This document shows, one piece after another, positions 1 through 9,170 of a DNA stretch of 64,000 nucleotides. Each line of letters begins with the position of its first letter. Position 1 is the stretch's first letter. Below the pieces are notes generated by a model. That model saw only the letters and a list, made by a program, of their open reading frames with translations, had not been told where the DNA came from and ran no database searches. The translations under genes were made by a program, and so were the position numbers. Source of the stretch: Candidatus Micrarchaeota archaeon (GTDB taxonomy: Archaea; Micrarchaeota; Micrarchaeia; Norongarragalinales; Norongarragalinaceae); contig JACQQD010000005.1 in NCBI GenBank assembly GCA_016207165.1, forward strand, positions 1-64,000. The letters run 5' to 3'.

Positions 1-1203
1 CTGGACTGCAATCCGAAAATCGCGTGGTCTTCGAAGCTGTACCGCGCCGGAAAAGTCAACGACTTGATTCGGGTGGCGCTGGAGAAAGCCGAAGTATTCA
101 ACGAAATCAACGAGCGCGTCTCTGGCGCGAAAAAACCGAGCGGGTGGTTGCCCATCAACGTCGTGTGCGAACGATGCGGCAAAATCGGCACCACTCCGGT
201 TTCGGATTTTGACGGCGAAACGGTGGCTTATGCCTGCAAGGACGTCAAGTACGCTAAAGGCTGTGGGCATTCTGGACGCGTTTCCCCGTTTGACGGAAAC
301 GCGAAGTTGACGTGGAAGGCGGATTGGGCCGCCGCATTCGTCTTGCACGGCGTCACGGTGGAAGGCGCGGGCAAAGACCACTACGCCGCCGGCGGTTCAA
401 GGGATGTAGCCAACGAAGTCGTGGAAAAAATTTTTTCCTATCCGCATCCCTACAATTTTCCGTATGAGTTCTTCATTTTTCGAGGCAAGAAAATGTCGAC
501 GTCCAAGGGGGTCGGCGTTTCCGCCAAAGAAATCGGCGACGCCCTGCCGCCGGAGTTGTTGCGGTTCCTCATGACGCGCTATAAACCCAACTCGGCCATT
601 GACTTTAACCCCGGTGGCGAGACGATTCCCCGGCTTTACTCGGATTGGGACCGCTTTTCGGATGTCTACTTCGGCCACCAGACCGCCCGCGACCCGGACG
701 TGCCCCGCATTTTCGCGTTGTCTCAAGTTTCCGGAAAAAAGCCCAAGGACCACTTCAACCCGCCTTTTTCCTTCGTTTCTTTCCTGGTCCAGGTGCCCGG
801 CGTGCACGAGCAATCCGCCATGGAGAAATACAAGGGTTCGCCGTTGACCGCCGAAGAAAAAGCCGAGTTGGACCGCCGCATCCAATACGCCAAGATCTGG
901 TTGGAAACGTTCGCGCCGGAGGACGCCAAGCTAGTTATCGTCGACAAACCCGATTACGCGTCGCTTTCGTTGGCGCAGAAAAAGGCGTTGGCGGAGTTTG
1001 CCGGCGCGTTCGAAAAGGAAAAAGACCTGCAACGACAGGCCGACGCCATCAAACAAATATGCGAAACGCATGGCTTGACGGCCAACGACTTTTTTGCCGC
1101 CGCGTACCGCGTTTTTCTCGGAAAAGACAAGGGGCCCAAGTTGTTGCCTTTTCTGGCGGCGTTGGACGAAAAACTGGTTTTATCCCGCTTGCGGGCAAAA
1201 TAG
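1..1203 (+). CDS. lysS: Lysyl-tRNA synthetase, class I (5' partial)
   Basis: Frame is open from base 1; CERCGK zinc motif, GKDH motif, KMSTSKG (KMSKS-like), C-terminal GKDKGPKL anticodon-binding motif. Confidence 0.95.
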   Translation: MDCNPKIAWSSKLYRAGKVNDLIRVALEKAEVFNEINERVSGAKKPSGWLPINVVCERCGKIGTTPVSDFDGETVAYACKDVKYAKGCGHSGRVSPFDGNAKLTWKADWAAAFVLHGVTVEGAGKDHYAAGGSRDVANEVVEKIFSYPHPYNFPYEFFIFRGKKMSTSKGVGVSAKEIGDALPPELLRFLMTRYKPNSAIDFNPGGETIPRLYSDWDRFSDVYFGHQTARDPDVPRIFALSQVSGKKPKDHFNPPFSFVSFLVQVPGVHEQSAMEKYKGSPLTAEEKAELDRRIQYAKIWLETFAPEDAKLVIVDKPDYASLSLAQKKALAEFAGAFEKEKDLQRQADAIKQICETHGLTANDFFAAAYRVFLGKDKGPKLLPFLAALDEKLVLSRLRAK

Positions 1204-1303
1204 GCAAAGCCTTTTTATTGCGCGCAAGCCACGTTTAGCTTTGGAAAGGCCCAAAAGTGCAGGGCCCCAATTCTTGATTTTTCAAGCTTAGGTTGGACTT
1301 TTC

Positions 1304-2491
1304 ATGCAAGCGGAAATCAACATCGGCACCGTCGGACACGTGGACCACGGCAAATCCACGCTGGTCCGCCAGTTGACGGGCTTTCATCCGGACACGCACA
1401 GCGAGGAAATCAAGCGCGGCATCACCATCAAGCTGGGGTACGCCGACGCCACCATCTACGACGAAAAAGGCGTGCTGACCACCGACCCCAAAGACAAGAA
1501 ATCCGCGAAAGCGTTGCGCCACATCTCGTTTGTCGACGCGCCGGGCCACGAGACGCTCATGGCCACCGTCATTGCGGCGTCCTCCGTCATGGACGGCGCT
1601 TTGTTTGTCATTGCCGCCAACGAAAAATGTCCTCAGCCGCAGACCGCCGAACACCTCATGATTCTGGAGGCCGCACAAATCCAGAACGTCATCGTCATCC
1701 AGAACAAAGTCGATTTGGTCACCAAGGAGCGCGCCAAGGCCCATTACAAGGAAATCAAGGAATTCCTGAAAGCAACGGCGTACGCGGACGCGCCCGTGAT
1801 TCCCACGGCCGCCAACGCCGGCTTGAATTTGGACGCGGTTTTGTCCGCCATCCAAGACCACATTCCGTCGCCCAAGCGCCAAGACAAGCAGGAATTCCGC
1901 ATGCACGTGGTCCGCAGTTTCGACGTCAACAAGCCCGGCGCCCCCATTTCCAAGTTGGTCGGCGGAGTGCTTGGCGGCGCCGTGGTCTCCGGCGTCCTGA
2001 AAAAAGGCGATGAACTGCAAATCCGTCCCGGCGTGCTCAAACAAAAAAAGAACAAGGAAGTCTATGAAGAATTGGAAACCGACGTGCTGGGCTTGTTTGC
2101 CGGAAAAGACGCCCTGGTTGAGGCGAGGCCCGGCGGATTGATCGCCGTGCAGACGCATTTGGATCCGTCGCTGACCAAAGCCGACGCGCTGGTCGGCTGC
2201 CTGGTAGGCAAAAAGGGGTCGCTTCCGGAAACCCGGTACGAACTGACGGTCCAAGTCACGCCCATGCCCCGGCTGGAAGGCCAATTCTCCGAAACCCTGG
2301 TGATCAACGAACCCCTGGTTTTGGGCGTCGGCACGTCCACCACCGTGGGTTTCGTTCAATCCGCGAACAAGAAAGCCGTTCAACTCAAGCTCAAAAAACC
2401 CGTGTGCCTGGAAAAAGACGAACTCATCGCCGTCATGCGGCGGTCCGACAACCGCTGGCGCGTGTTCGGCGTCGCCAAACTGGTGGACTAG
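1304..2491 (+). CDS. eif2g: Translation initiation factor aIF2 gamma
   Basis: NIGTVGHVDHGKST, HSEEIKRGITIKLGY, DAPGHE, QPQTAEH, QNKVD, RSFDVNKPG motifs. Confidence 0.97.
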   Translation: MQAEINIGTVGHVDHGKSTLVRQLTGFHPDTHSEEIKRGITIKLGYADATIYDEKGVLTTDPKDKKSAKALRHISFVDAPGHETLMATVIAASSVMDGALFVIAANEKCPQPQTAEHLMILEAAQIQNVIVIQNKVDLVTKERAKAHYKEIKEFLKATAYADAPVIPTAANAGLNLDAVLSAIQDHIPSPKRQDKQEFRMHVVRSFDVNKPGAPISKLVGGVLGGAVVSGVLKKGDELQIRPGVLKQKKNKEVYEELETDVLGLFAGKDALVEARPGGLIAVQTHLDPSLTKADALVGCLVGKKGSLPETRYELTVQVTPMPRLEGQFSETLVINEPLVLGVGTSTTVGFVQSANKKAVQLKLKKPVCLEKDELIAVMRRSDNRWRVFGVAKLVD

Positions 2492-2495
2492 TTTT

Positions 2496-3128
2496 ATGCG
2501 CATCGTTCTGCTGGGTCCGCCGGGTTCCGGCAAAGGCACGCAGGCCGTTCGCCTGTCCGAGCACTACCGCGTCCAGCACGTGTCCACCGGCGACATTTTG
2601 CGCGACGAAGTCGCCCGCCAAACCGAATTGGGCAAACAAGCCAAGTCCTTCATGGACCAAGGCGAACTGGTGCCCGACCAACTCGTCGTGGACATGGTCG
2701 CCGCCCGGCTGAAAGACTCTTTTGTACTGGATGGTTTTCCCCGTTCGCTGCCGCAAGCCGAGAGCCTGGACTTGCTGCTCAAGGAAAAAAACCTGCCACT
2801 CACTGCCGTGTTCAACTTGGACGTGCCGGAAGAAGAGATTGTTCGGCGCTTGACCAAACGCTTGGTGTGCCTGGCCTGCAAAGCCGTGTTTCCGTCCGGC
2901 ACGCAAGGCGCTTGTGCCAAGTGCGGCGGGAAACTGGGCAAACGCGGCGACGACAAGCCGGAGACCATCCGTGAGCGATTGCGCGTGTACCGCCAGAAAA
3001 CCAAGCCGTTGGAAGATTACTACCATCACCGCCAAGGCTTGTTGCGCCAAATCCCGGGAATGGGCGCGCCTGACGAGATTTTTAAACTCTTAACGCAACA
3101 ATTGGATTCCGCAAAATCCAAGAATTAG
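2496..3128 (+). CDS. adk: Adenylate kinase (bacterial-type, Zn-LID)
   Basis: GPPGSGKGTQA P-loop, STGDILR, LDGFPR, CxxC...CxxC lid, RGDD. Confidence 0.95.
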   Translation: MRIVLLGPPGSGKGTQAVRLSEHYRVQHVSTGDILRDEVARQTELGKQAKSFMDQGELVPDQLVVDMVAARLKDSFVLDGFPRSLPQAESLDLLLKEKNLPLTAVFNLDVPEEEIVRRLTKRLVCLACKAVFPSGTQGACAKCGGKLGKRGDDKPETIRERLRVYRQKTKPLEDYYHHRQGLLRQIPGMGAPDEIFKLLTQQLDSAKSKN

Positions 3129-3148
3129 TTCTCGCAACGCGTTTGCTT

Positions 3149-3222
3149 GGGCCCGTAGCTCAGCTTGGCAGAGCGTCTGGCTTTTAACCAGAATGCCGTG
3201 GGTTCGAATCCCACCGGGCCCG
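3149..3222 (+). tRNA. tRNA-Lys(UUU), no intron
   Basis: GGGCCCG/CGGGCCC acceptor stem, anticodon arm TCTGG-CTTTTAA-CCAGA, T arm GTGGG-TTCGAAT-CCCAC. Confidence 0.97.
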
Positions 3223-3251
3223 TACAACTACCTTGTTTGAGGTACGAGCCA

Positions 3252-3602
3252 ATGATCGTTTTGCTGGACACCAATTTTATGGCGGCGTGCATTGAACACC
3301 GCGTCGACGTCGTGAACCAGCTGGAGCACCATTTCGAGTCCGTGTCGTTCTTGGTTGTTCGGCGCGTGCTGGAGGAAACGGAATTCTTGCCCCTCCGGCA
3401 GCAAAAACGCATTGAAGCGTTTCTCAAGGGCGTTCCCCACGAAGTCATCGACGCCCAAGGGCATACCGACGACGTCTTGTTGAAAGAAGCGGAAAAACGC
3501 AAAGCGGCGGTGGCGACCCTTGATTCGGGCCTCAAAAAAAGGTTAAAAAGGCGTCGCATCCCCATTATTTCCCTGGCTCATTCTCGAGTCGTGATTTCGT
3601 AA
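3252..3602 (+). CDS. PIN-domain protein (Fcf1/Utp24-like)
   Basis: LLDTNF...TDDVLL...VATLD PIN motifs; usual position upstream of rpoE'. Confidence 0.88.
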   Translation: MIVLLDTNFMAACIEHRVDVVNQLEHHFESVSFLVVRRVLEETEFLPLRQQKRIEAFLKGVPHEVIDAQGHTDDVLLKEAEKRKAAVATLDSGLKKRLKRRRIPIISLAHSRVVIS

Positions 3603-3625
3603 TACGCTTATTGGGTGATTTGTTT

Positions 3626-4168
3626 TTGGCATACCAGTTGTTGACGTTCAAGGAAAGCGTCCGCATTCCCCCGAACTTGTTCGGCCAAAAGCTTGACCAT
3701 GCGGCCCTCCAGATTCTGCGGGACCGCTTCGAGCGGACGGTCAGCAAGGACTTCGGCATCATCGTGAGCCTGCACCACGCCAAAATCCAGTCGGAAGGCC
3801 GGGTTCTGCCGGGTGACGGCGCCGCGTATTTTGACGTGGAATTTGACGCGTTGTCCTACGTGCCGCAGGTCAACGAAGTCGTGGAAGGAGAAATCAGCGA
3901 AATCGTGGAATTCGGCGCGTTCGTGCGTCTGGGCCCCATTGACGGGTTGGTTCACGTCTCGCAGATTGCCAACGACTTTTTTTCGTACGACAAAAAGACG
4001 CAGAACCTCGTGGGCCGCGAGTCGCGGAAAACCATCAAGAAAGGCGACGTGGTGAAAGCCAAGATTGCCACGGTTTCTTTAAAGGACACGGTGCCCAACA
4101 GCAAGATTGCTTTGACCATGCGTCCGGACGGGGGCGGCGGACGCAAGAAGAGAGAGGGGAAAAAATAG
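3626..4168 (+). CDS. rpoE1: RNA polymerase subunit E' (Rpo7)
   Basis: VRIPP, GDGAAY, S1 domain FGAFVRLGPIDGLVHVSQI; TTG start chosen from GGTGA SD at 3614-3618. Confidence 0.95.
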   Translation: MAYQLLTFKESVRIPPNLFGQKLDHAALQILRDRFERTVSKDFGIIVSLHHAKIQSEGRVLPGDGAAYFDVEFDALSYVPQVNEVVEGEISEIVEFGAFVRLGPIDGLVHVSQIANDFFSYDKKTQNLVGRESRKTIKKGDVVKAKIATVSLKDTVPNSKIALTMRPDGGGGRKKREGKK

Positions 4169-4357
4169 GTGGCCGCTGACAAAGCCTGCACCCAGTGCCG
4201 CGCCATGGTGGACGGCAACACGTGCCTGTTGTGCGGGAACACGAATTTGACGAAGTCCTGGGAAGGCCAAATCTTCATTTTTCACCCGGATCCCTCGGAA
4301 GTCGCCAAGGCCATCGATGCCAAGGTCCCGGGCCGGTACGCGCTGAAAATCAAGTAA
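4169..4357 (+). CDS. spt4: Transcription elongation factor Spt4 (RpoE'')
   Basis: CxxC-x9-CxxC, W-x-G, SEVAK, PGRYALK; immediately after rpoE'. Confidence 0.95.
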   Translation: MAADKACTQCRAMVDGNTCLLCGNTNLTKSWEGQIFIFHPDPSEVAKAIDAKVPGRYALKIK

Positions 4358-4363
4358 AGGTGA

Positions 4364-4678
4364 ATGGGTGTGGCATTGGAAATTCTTTCAGAAACGCAGA
4401 ACAAGCTGTACGACCGAAGAGAGGTCAAGGCCAAGTTCACGCACATTTCGGCGACTCCTTCCCGCAAAGAGGTTGTCGACGCGTTGGCCGAGAAATTCGG
4501 CCACAAGGACAGCATCGTGATCGACAAAGTCACCCAGCACTTTGGGCGGAAAGAGGCGGAAGTGTCGGCGAAGATTTACGACCGGTTGGAAGACGCCCAG
4601 AAACTGGAGCCGGCCTACCGGTTTGACCGGACGTTGGGAAAGAAAGAGGAGAAGAAAGATGGCGGAGAAAAAAAGTAA
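4364..4678 (+). CDS. rps24e: 30S ribosomal protein S24e
   Basis: [18 protein letters not shown]...AKIY motifs; synteny. Confidence 0.93.
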   Translation: MGVALEILSETQNKLYDRREVKAKFTHISATPSRKEVVDALAEKFGHKDSIVIDKVTQHFGRKEAEVSAKIYDRLEDAQKLEPAYRFDRTLGKKEEKKDGGEKK

Positions 4679-4805
4679 GCCCAAAAAATACGAGTCCAAA
4701 AAGTTTTGCCCCAAGTGCGGTCCCGGGTTTCGGCTCGCCGAGCACAAGGACCGCCGCACCTGCGGCAAGTGCGCATTCACTGAAATGAAGAAGAATGCCG
4801 CTTAG
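4659..4805 (+). CDS. rps27ae: 30S ribosomal protein S27ae
   Basis: [22 protein letters not shown] zinc finger; follows rps24e. Confidence 0.95.
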   Translation: MAEKKSKPKKYESKKFCPKCGPGFRLAEHKDRRTCGKCAFTEMKKNAA

Positions 4806-5325
4806 CGTTTTCGCATTCTACGCCTTCTTGTTGTTGCTACCGTTGGCGTGGCTGCAATTCGAGAAGCGCCGGCCTTGGCCCATTCTTTTCAAGCGCTTGG
4901 GCCTGCAATCCAAACCAATTCCTCAGACCTTGGCCCTGGGTGCACTGATTTTTTTCGCGTTGATGGCCGGCGTACTTCTGCTTTCCTTGGCCCTGGGGGC
5001 GTGGGGGTGGCTGGATTTTTCGCCTGTTGAAAAACTCGTTGCCGCCCTGACTTTTTGGGACGTTTTGCTGGTTGTGACTTTGGCGCCCGTGGCTGAGGAA
5101 CTGTTTTTCCGGGGTTTTCTTCTGCCCCGATTTGGCCTGCCGCTTTCCAGCATCGCCTTTGCGTTGGGCCACGCCGGCTTTGCGTCGGTGGCCGTGGTGG
5201 CGTCCGCTTTTCTAGGCGCACTGGTCCTGGGTTATGCGTACCAGAAAACCGGCAACTTGTATGCCTGCATGCTGGGCCACGCCTTGTTTAACGTGGCCAA
5301 CGTGTATTTTGTGTCAAGCATTTGA
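4795..5325 (+). CDS. CPBP (CAAX/Abi) intramembrane metalloprotease
   Basis: [17 protein letters not shown] motifs; hydrophobic. Confidence 0.9.
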   Translation: MPLSVFAFYAFLLLLPLAWLQFEKRRPWPILFKRLGLQSKPIPQTLALGALIFFALMAGVLLLSLALGAWGWLDFSPVEKLVAALTFWDVLLVVTLAPVAEELFFRGFLLPRFGLPLSSIAFALGHAGFASVAVVASAFLGALVLGYAYQKTGNLYACMLGHALFNVANVYFVSSI

Positions 5326-5452
5326 AGAAAAAATTGTCTTTGTTGTAAATTGAAAATACCTGCATCTATTTAAACGGAAAATGTCCAAGTTCAGCAAAGG
5401 CAAACCTGAGATTTGTTGCGGCTAGTGGTCCGTCCAGTAGGTGAAATAACTC

Positions 5453-6142
5453 ATGAAAAAGAGAGGCTACGGTAAAGTATTGGCCTTGACGCGGGAGGTG
5501 CTGCGCAACCGCACCATGGCGTCCAAGATCGTCAATGAAGCTGCCGACGTTTTAAGCGAAGGCGGCCTGGTCATTTTGCCGACGGAGACGGCGTACGGCA
5601 TTGCGGCGGATGCCACCAATGATGACGCCGTTCGAAAGGTCTTTGAAGCCAAGCAGCGCCCGCTTGAACGGTCGGTGCCCATCATGGTTTCGGACCGTTA
5701 CATGATCGAGGAGTACGCGGAACTCTCGCCGCTGGCCCGTCACTTGATGAACCAATTCATGCCTGGACCGCTCAGCCTGGTCGTGCCCAAGAAGGAACCC
5801 AACGGTTTGGCGCCTTCTTTAAGCGAGAAGGGCGTGTCGTTTCGCATTCCGGGCAATGATTTCGCTCGCGCCATCGTGGCGGAACTGGGCAAGCCGGTGA
5901 CCACGACGTCGGCGAACATTTCCGGCGAGGGACCTCTGTACTTGGTGGACCAAGTCAAGGCCACGTTTTCAAGCAAGGTGCACTTGATTTTGGATCAAGG
6001 CGACTTGCCGCCCCGCGAGCCCTCCACGGTGTTGGACTTGCAGGGCGCAACGCCGAGGGTCTTGCGCGTGGGACCGATTTCCGAAGAGGAAGTCCAGAGA
6101 GCCATTGCGGACTTTCAAGCGCGCGCCGTGGCCACGGCCTAA
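5453..6142 (+). CDS. sua5: Threonylcarbamoyl-AMP synthase Sua5/TsaC
   Basis: PTETAYG, KQRP, PGPLS, TSANISG, STVLDL. Confidence 0.95.
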   Translation: MKKRGYGKVLALTREVLRNRTMASKIVNEAADVLSEGGLVILPTETAYGIAADATNDDAVRKVFEAKQRPLERSVPIMVSDRYMIEEYAELSPLARHLMNQFMPGPLSLVVPKKEPNGLAPSLSEKGVSFRIPGNDFARAIVAELGKPVTTTSANISGEGPLYLVDQVKATFSSKVHLILDQGDLPPREPSTVLDLQGATPRVLRVGPISEEEVQRAIADFQARAVATA

Positions 6143-7098
6143 AACCAAGTTGCTTTAACGTCGTCTGGTCGCCAGTGCGGCAAGGGTTCTGCCGACGGAG
6201 AAAGTGGTTTCTGCCCGGAGTTGTAGGCCAAAAGCCCGTTCCACGCAATCATGGCGCCGTTGTCTACCAAGAACTCGTTTTCTGGCACCAACATCGTGGC
6301 GCCGCGTTCCTGGCACATGGTCCTGGTTTTTTCCTGGAGGATTTTCGAGCACGCCACCCCTCCGGCCAAGACCAGTTCGTCTTTTTCAAAGTGCGAAAGC
6401 GCGCGCTCGGCCACTTCGCACACCATGTCAAACGCGACTTCCTGTACGCTGAAGGCCATGTCTTGTGGTTTGTTTGATTCGGCTTTGCGTTTGAAGTCCG
6501 TGGCGAGGCCGGAAAAGCAGACGTCCATGCCCTTGACGTTGTACGGCAAGTCCACGAATTTTTTTCCTTTCAACGACAATTCGTACAAAAGCGGTCCGCC
6601 GGGAAAACCCAGTCCCAAGTGCCTTGCCGACTTGTCCAACAAGTTTCCGATTCCGATGTCCAGGGTTTCGCCCACGACGTCGTATCTTTTCTTTCCTTGA
6701 ATCAAGACCTGCGTGTTGCCCCCGGACACATACAGAAACACGGCATCCTTGGCGCGGCACTCTTTGACCCCGATTTCCAGGTGTGCCACGGCGTGGTTGA
6801 CTCCAACCAGCGGCACGTCCAGCTTCTTGGAGATACTTTTGGCGTACTGCATTCCTTCAAACAGCATGGTGCCGATGCCGGGGCCCTGGGACACGGCGAC
6901 GGTGTCCACGTCGCTGACCAACGCCTTTTCTACCACTTCGTCGCGGTGGGCTTTGTGGAATTCCAGGACTTCTCTGGGCACCATGCCTCTGGATGACGAG
7001 GTAAAACTGGCTTTTTCATTGGAAAGAAAGCGTCCGCTGGAGTCGACGATGGAGGCGCCAAACGTGTGCGCGGTGCATTCGATTCCAAGGCATTTCAC
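6139..7098 (-). CDS. kae1: t6A synthase Kae1
   Basis: GIECTAHT, GPG, NHAVAHLE, VSGGNT, GETLDIGIGN, DNGAMIA. Confidence 0.96.
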   Translation of the reverse strand: MKCLGIECTAHTFGASIVDSSGRFLSNEKASFTSSSRGMVPREVLEFHKAHRDEVVEKALVSDVDTVAVSQGPGIGTMLFEGMQYAKSISKKLDVPLVGVNHAVAHLEIGVKECRAKDAVFLYVSGGNTQVLIQGKKRYDVVGETLDIGIGNLLDKSARHLGLGFPGGPLLYELSLKGKKFVDLPYNVKGMDVCFSGLATDFKRKAESNKPQDMAFSVQEVAFDMVCEVAERALSHFEKDELVLAGGVACSKILQEKTRTMCQERGATMLVPENEFLVDNGAMIAWNGLLAYNSGQKPLSPSAEPLPHWRPDDVKATWF

Positions 7099-7172
7099 GA
7101 TTTCATCATCCTTTTATTTTGTGGCCCGCCTCTTTTTTACTGGCCGTCATTGGCGTGTGTGGGGGTGCTGCA

Positions 7173-7646
7173 ATGGTAACCTTTAATCGATTCGTCGTTA
7201 TGCCTCATCGATTTGAAAAGAAAATTGATTTTGTGGTTGTTGGCGCTGACATCGAGCGTTTCAAACCCGTGATCGCCAAATCCCTCGTCCATGCCGCAGT
7301 GCATTTGTTGCCTGATCGTTCGCCGGCTCGAGGCATACCCGCTGAACAACAGGCCGCGTTTCACGAAGCGCTTGAGCGTCATATCTTAAGCGAACTTGGG
7401 GACCACCAACCAGGTAGGCACATGGTTGATGCAGGCAGGCGGTTTACCTTTAACCTGAGCGGATTGCATTCATACGCTCTTGATTTACGGCCGTTTGGCA
7501 TCACCGATTCCCGAAATGTTTTCACGTGGGATCATAAGGCATTTGCGGAGGCCGTGATTGTTCATTTGTCGGATCTTCCACTTGATAAAAACCGGTTCGG
7601 GGCCAGAGACGGCGACCAGATTACCTTTATGACCCAGACTCTTTAA
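7173..7646 (+). CDS. Hypothetical protein
   Basis: ORF filling the gap between divergent kae1 and bud32; no recognisable motif; start uncertain. Confidence 0.55.
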   Translation: MVTFNRFVVMPHRFEKKIDFVVVGADIERFKPVIAKSLVHAAVHLLPDRSPARGIPAEQQAAFHEALERHILSELGDHQPGRHMVDAGRRFTFNLSGLHSYALDLRPFGITDSRNVFTWDHKAFAEAVIVHLSDLPLDKNRFGARDGDQITFMTQTL

Positions 7647-7670
7647 TTGTGTCAATGGGCAATTGAATCC

Positions 7671-8255
7671 ATGGATCAACTCTCCATCGGGGCCGAAGCC
7701 GTTGTCACGAAGAAAGGCGAGGTCATCGTCAAGCACCGCTTACCGAAAAAGTACCGGTTGCCGGAGTTGGACGAGAAAATCCGGAAATTCCGAACCAAGC
7801 GCGAAGCCCGAATCCTTCAAAGACTTTCTTCCGTCATCCGCGTGCCCAAGGTCCTGCATCAAGGCGCGGACGTGTTGGAGCTTGAGTTCATTCACGGAGA
7901 ACTCCTCAAGAAAGGCTTGAATTCGGTCAACTGCCGCTTGACGGGCCAATGCGTGGGCAAAATGCACGCCGCGCACGTTATCCACGGGGACTTGACGCCC
8001 TCCAACGTCTTGGTTGAACGCCACGGCGTGTGCTTGGTGGACTTCGGTTTGGCGTATTCTTCGCACAAACTGGAGGACTTTGCCACGGACGTGCACGTGT
8101 TCGAGGAACTTGTTTCACCGGAATGCTTTGACGCGTTTTGGCACGGCTACCAAACCGTGATGCCCCAAGCCAACGACGTCCAAAAACGCTTGGAAAAAAT
8201 CAAGGGCCGCGGACGCTACCGCAAGGCTTCCGCTAAACCCGAAAACAAGTATTAA
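7671..8255 (+). CDS. bud32: KEOPS kinase Bud32
   Basis: GAEA, KxRLPKKYR, HGDLTPSN, DFGL, C-terminal RGRY. Confidence 0.95.
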   Translation: MDQLSIGAEAVVTKKGEVIVKHRLPKKYRLPELDEKIRKFRTKREARILQRLSSVIRVPKVLHQGADVLELEFIHGELLKKGLNSVNCRLTGQCVGKMHAAHVIHGDLTPSNVLVERHGVCLVDFGLAYSSHKLEDFATDVHVFEELVSPECFDAFWHGYQTVMPQANDVQKRLEKIKGRGRYRKASAKPENKY

Positions 8256-8264
8256 CGCTTTCGC

Positions 8265-8413
8265 TTACAATTCGCCGACACGGCGTTTCTGCTTGCGCTT
8301 TAAGCGGCGTCGTCTTTTCTTGACCCACTTCCAGCGCATCCTCCCCGCCTTTTTGGAGCTCCTGCCCGCGCAAGCGGGAAGGTGCTTTTCCATTTTCGGG
8401 GACGAGCACCCAT
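8265..8413 (-). CDS. rpl41e: Ribosomal protein eL41 (L41e), split by a 35-nt intron: join(8413..8387,8351..8265), [37 protein letters not shown] (37 aa)
   Basis: Exon 2 encodes the L41e signature MRWKWxKKRxRRLKR; exon 1 encodes the RPRKWK N-terminus of long-form archaeal L41e; SD-like GAGGCG upstream of ATG 8413; below the ORF-track length cut-off. Confidence 0.88.
8352..8386 (-). other. Putative 35-nt bulge-helix-bulge/loop (tRNA-type) mRNA intron in rpl41e
   Basis: Central helix UGGA/UCCA, each strand followed by an AAA bulge; inner hairpin GCACC..CCCGC-UUGC-GCGGG..GGAGC; exon-exon helix UCCCCG/CGGGGA; cutting after the 2nd bulge nucleotide restores the frame. Confidence 0.82.
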
Positions 8414-9170
8414 GTGTTTCTCGCCTCTTTTAGTACGTGTTCAATTTCGTTGACTATTCTTTTTGAATCTCTTCGAATCTCTGTTTCCCAAAACCGCAGT
8501 ACCGTCCAGCCGTTTTCTTTGAGGATGCGGTTGACCCGTTGGTCCTTTTCATGTACGTCTGGACGCCGGTGCCAATAGTCGCCGTCGCAAAATATGGCCA
8601 ATTTGACATCTGGGAACGCCAAATCCGCTTAGCACGTTCTGAGTATGGGCATTTGTTTATAATACCCTATCTCTCTTCGGCTGAGTTCTTCACCGATCAT
8701 GCGTTCAATGCTGGTCTCTCGGGGCAAAATTTGCCCTAGCCGGTGGATGCGGATGTTCTCCACCAAGTCGGGCCTCCTTTTGAGCATTTCAATCCGTGCT
8801 TCTGACATTCGTCGCCGTTGCGCCGGCGTTCGCTTGATGCCTTTCATTGATTCGGAAAGGTTTCGAATGCGAAATCCTAGTTTTTTGGCCCACCGTCGAA
8901 CCGTGTGCCGACTGGTTTTGCTGTAGTTGGCAATTTTGCCAAGGGACCAGCCCAGTTCATAGTATTGTTGCTGAAACTTTTCTCCGTTGAAACTTCTTGT
9001 TTTTCGGTACTTCCAACTCTCTTTCACGGTTCTTGTCTGTACCCTGTTTCTTCGCATTTCCTTGATGATGGTCTTCGGGTCGTGTCCCGTTTCCCGTGCG
9101 ATTTCCCGCAATGATTTTCCTTGAAGGTACTGGCCTTCCAACCATTCTTTTGATAATTCGATTTTGCGCA

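Noticed and set aside
5395-5445. GGCAAACC in the sua5 leader resembling a c-di-GMP-I riboswitch
   Set aside because: The GAAA tetraloop, GACGCAAAG and receptor elements are absent.
8620-8640. An intron or frameshift explaining the TAA in the Vsr-like gene
   Set aside because: Both halves are in the same frame with plausible spacing and no BHB fold was seen; a simple nonsense mutation or read error suffices.
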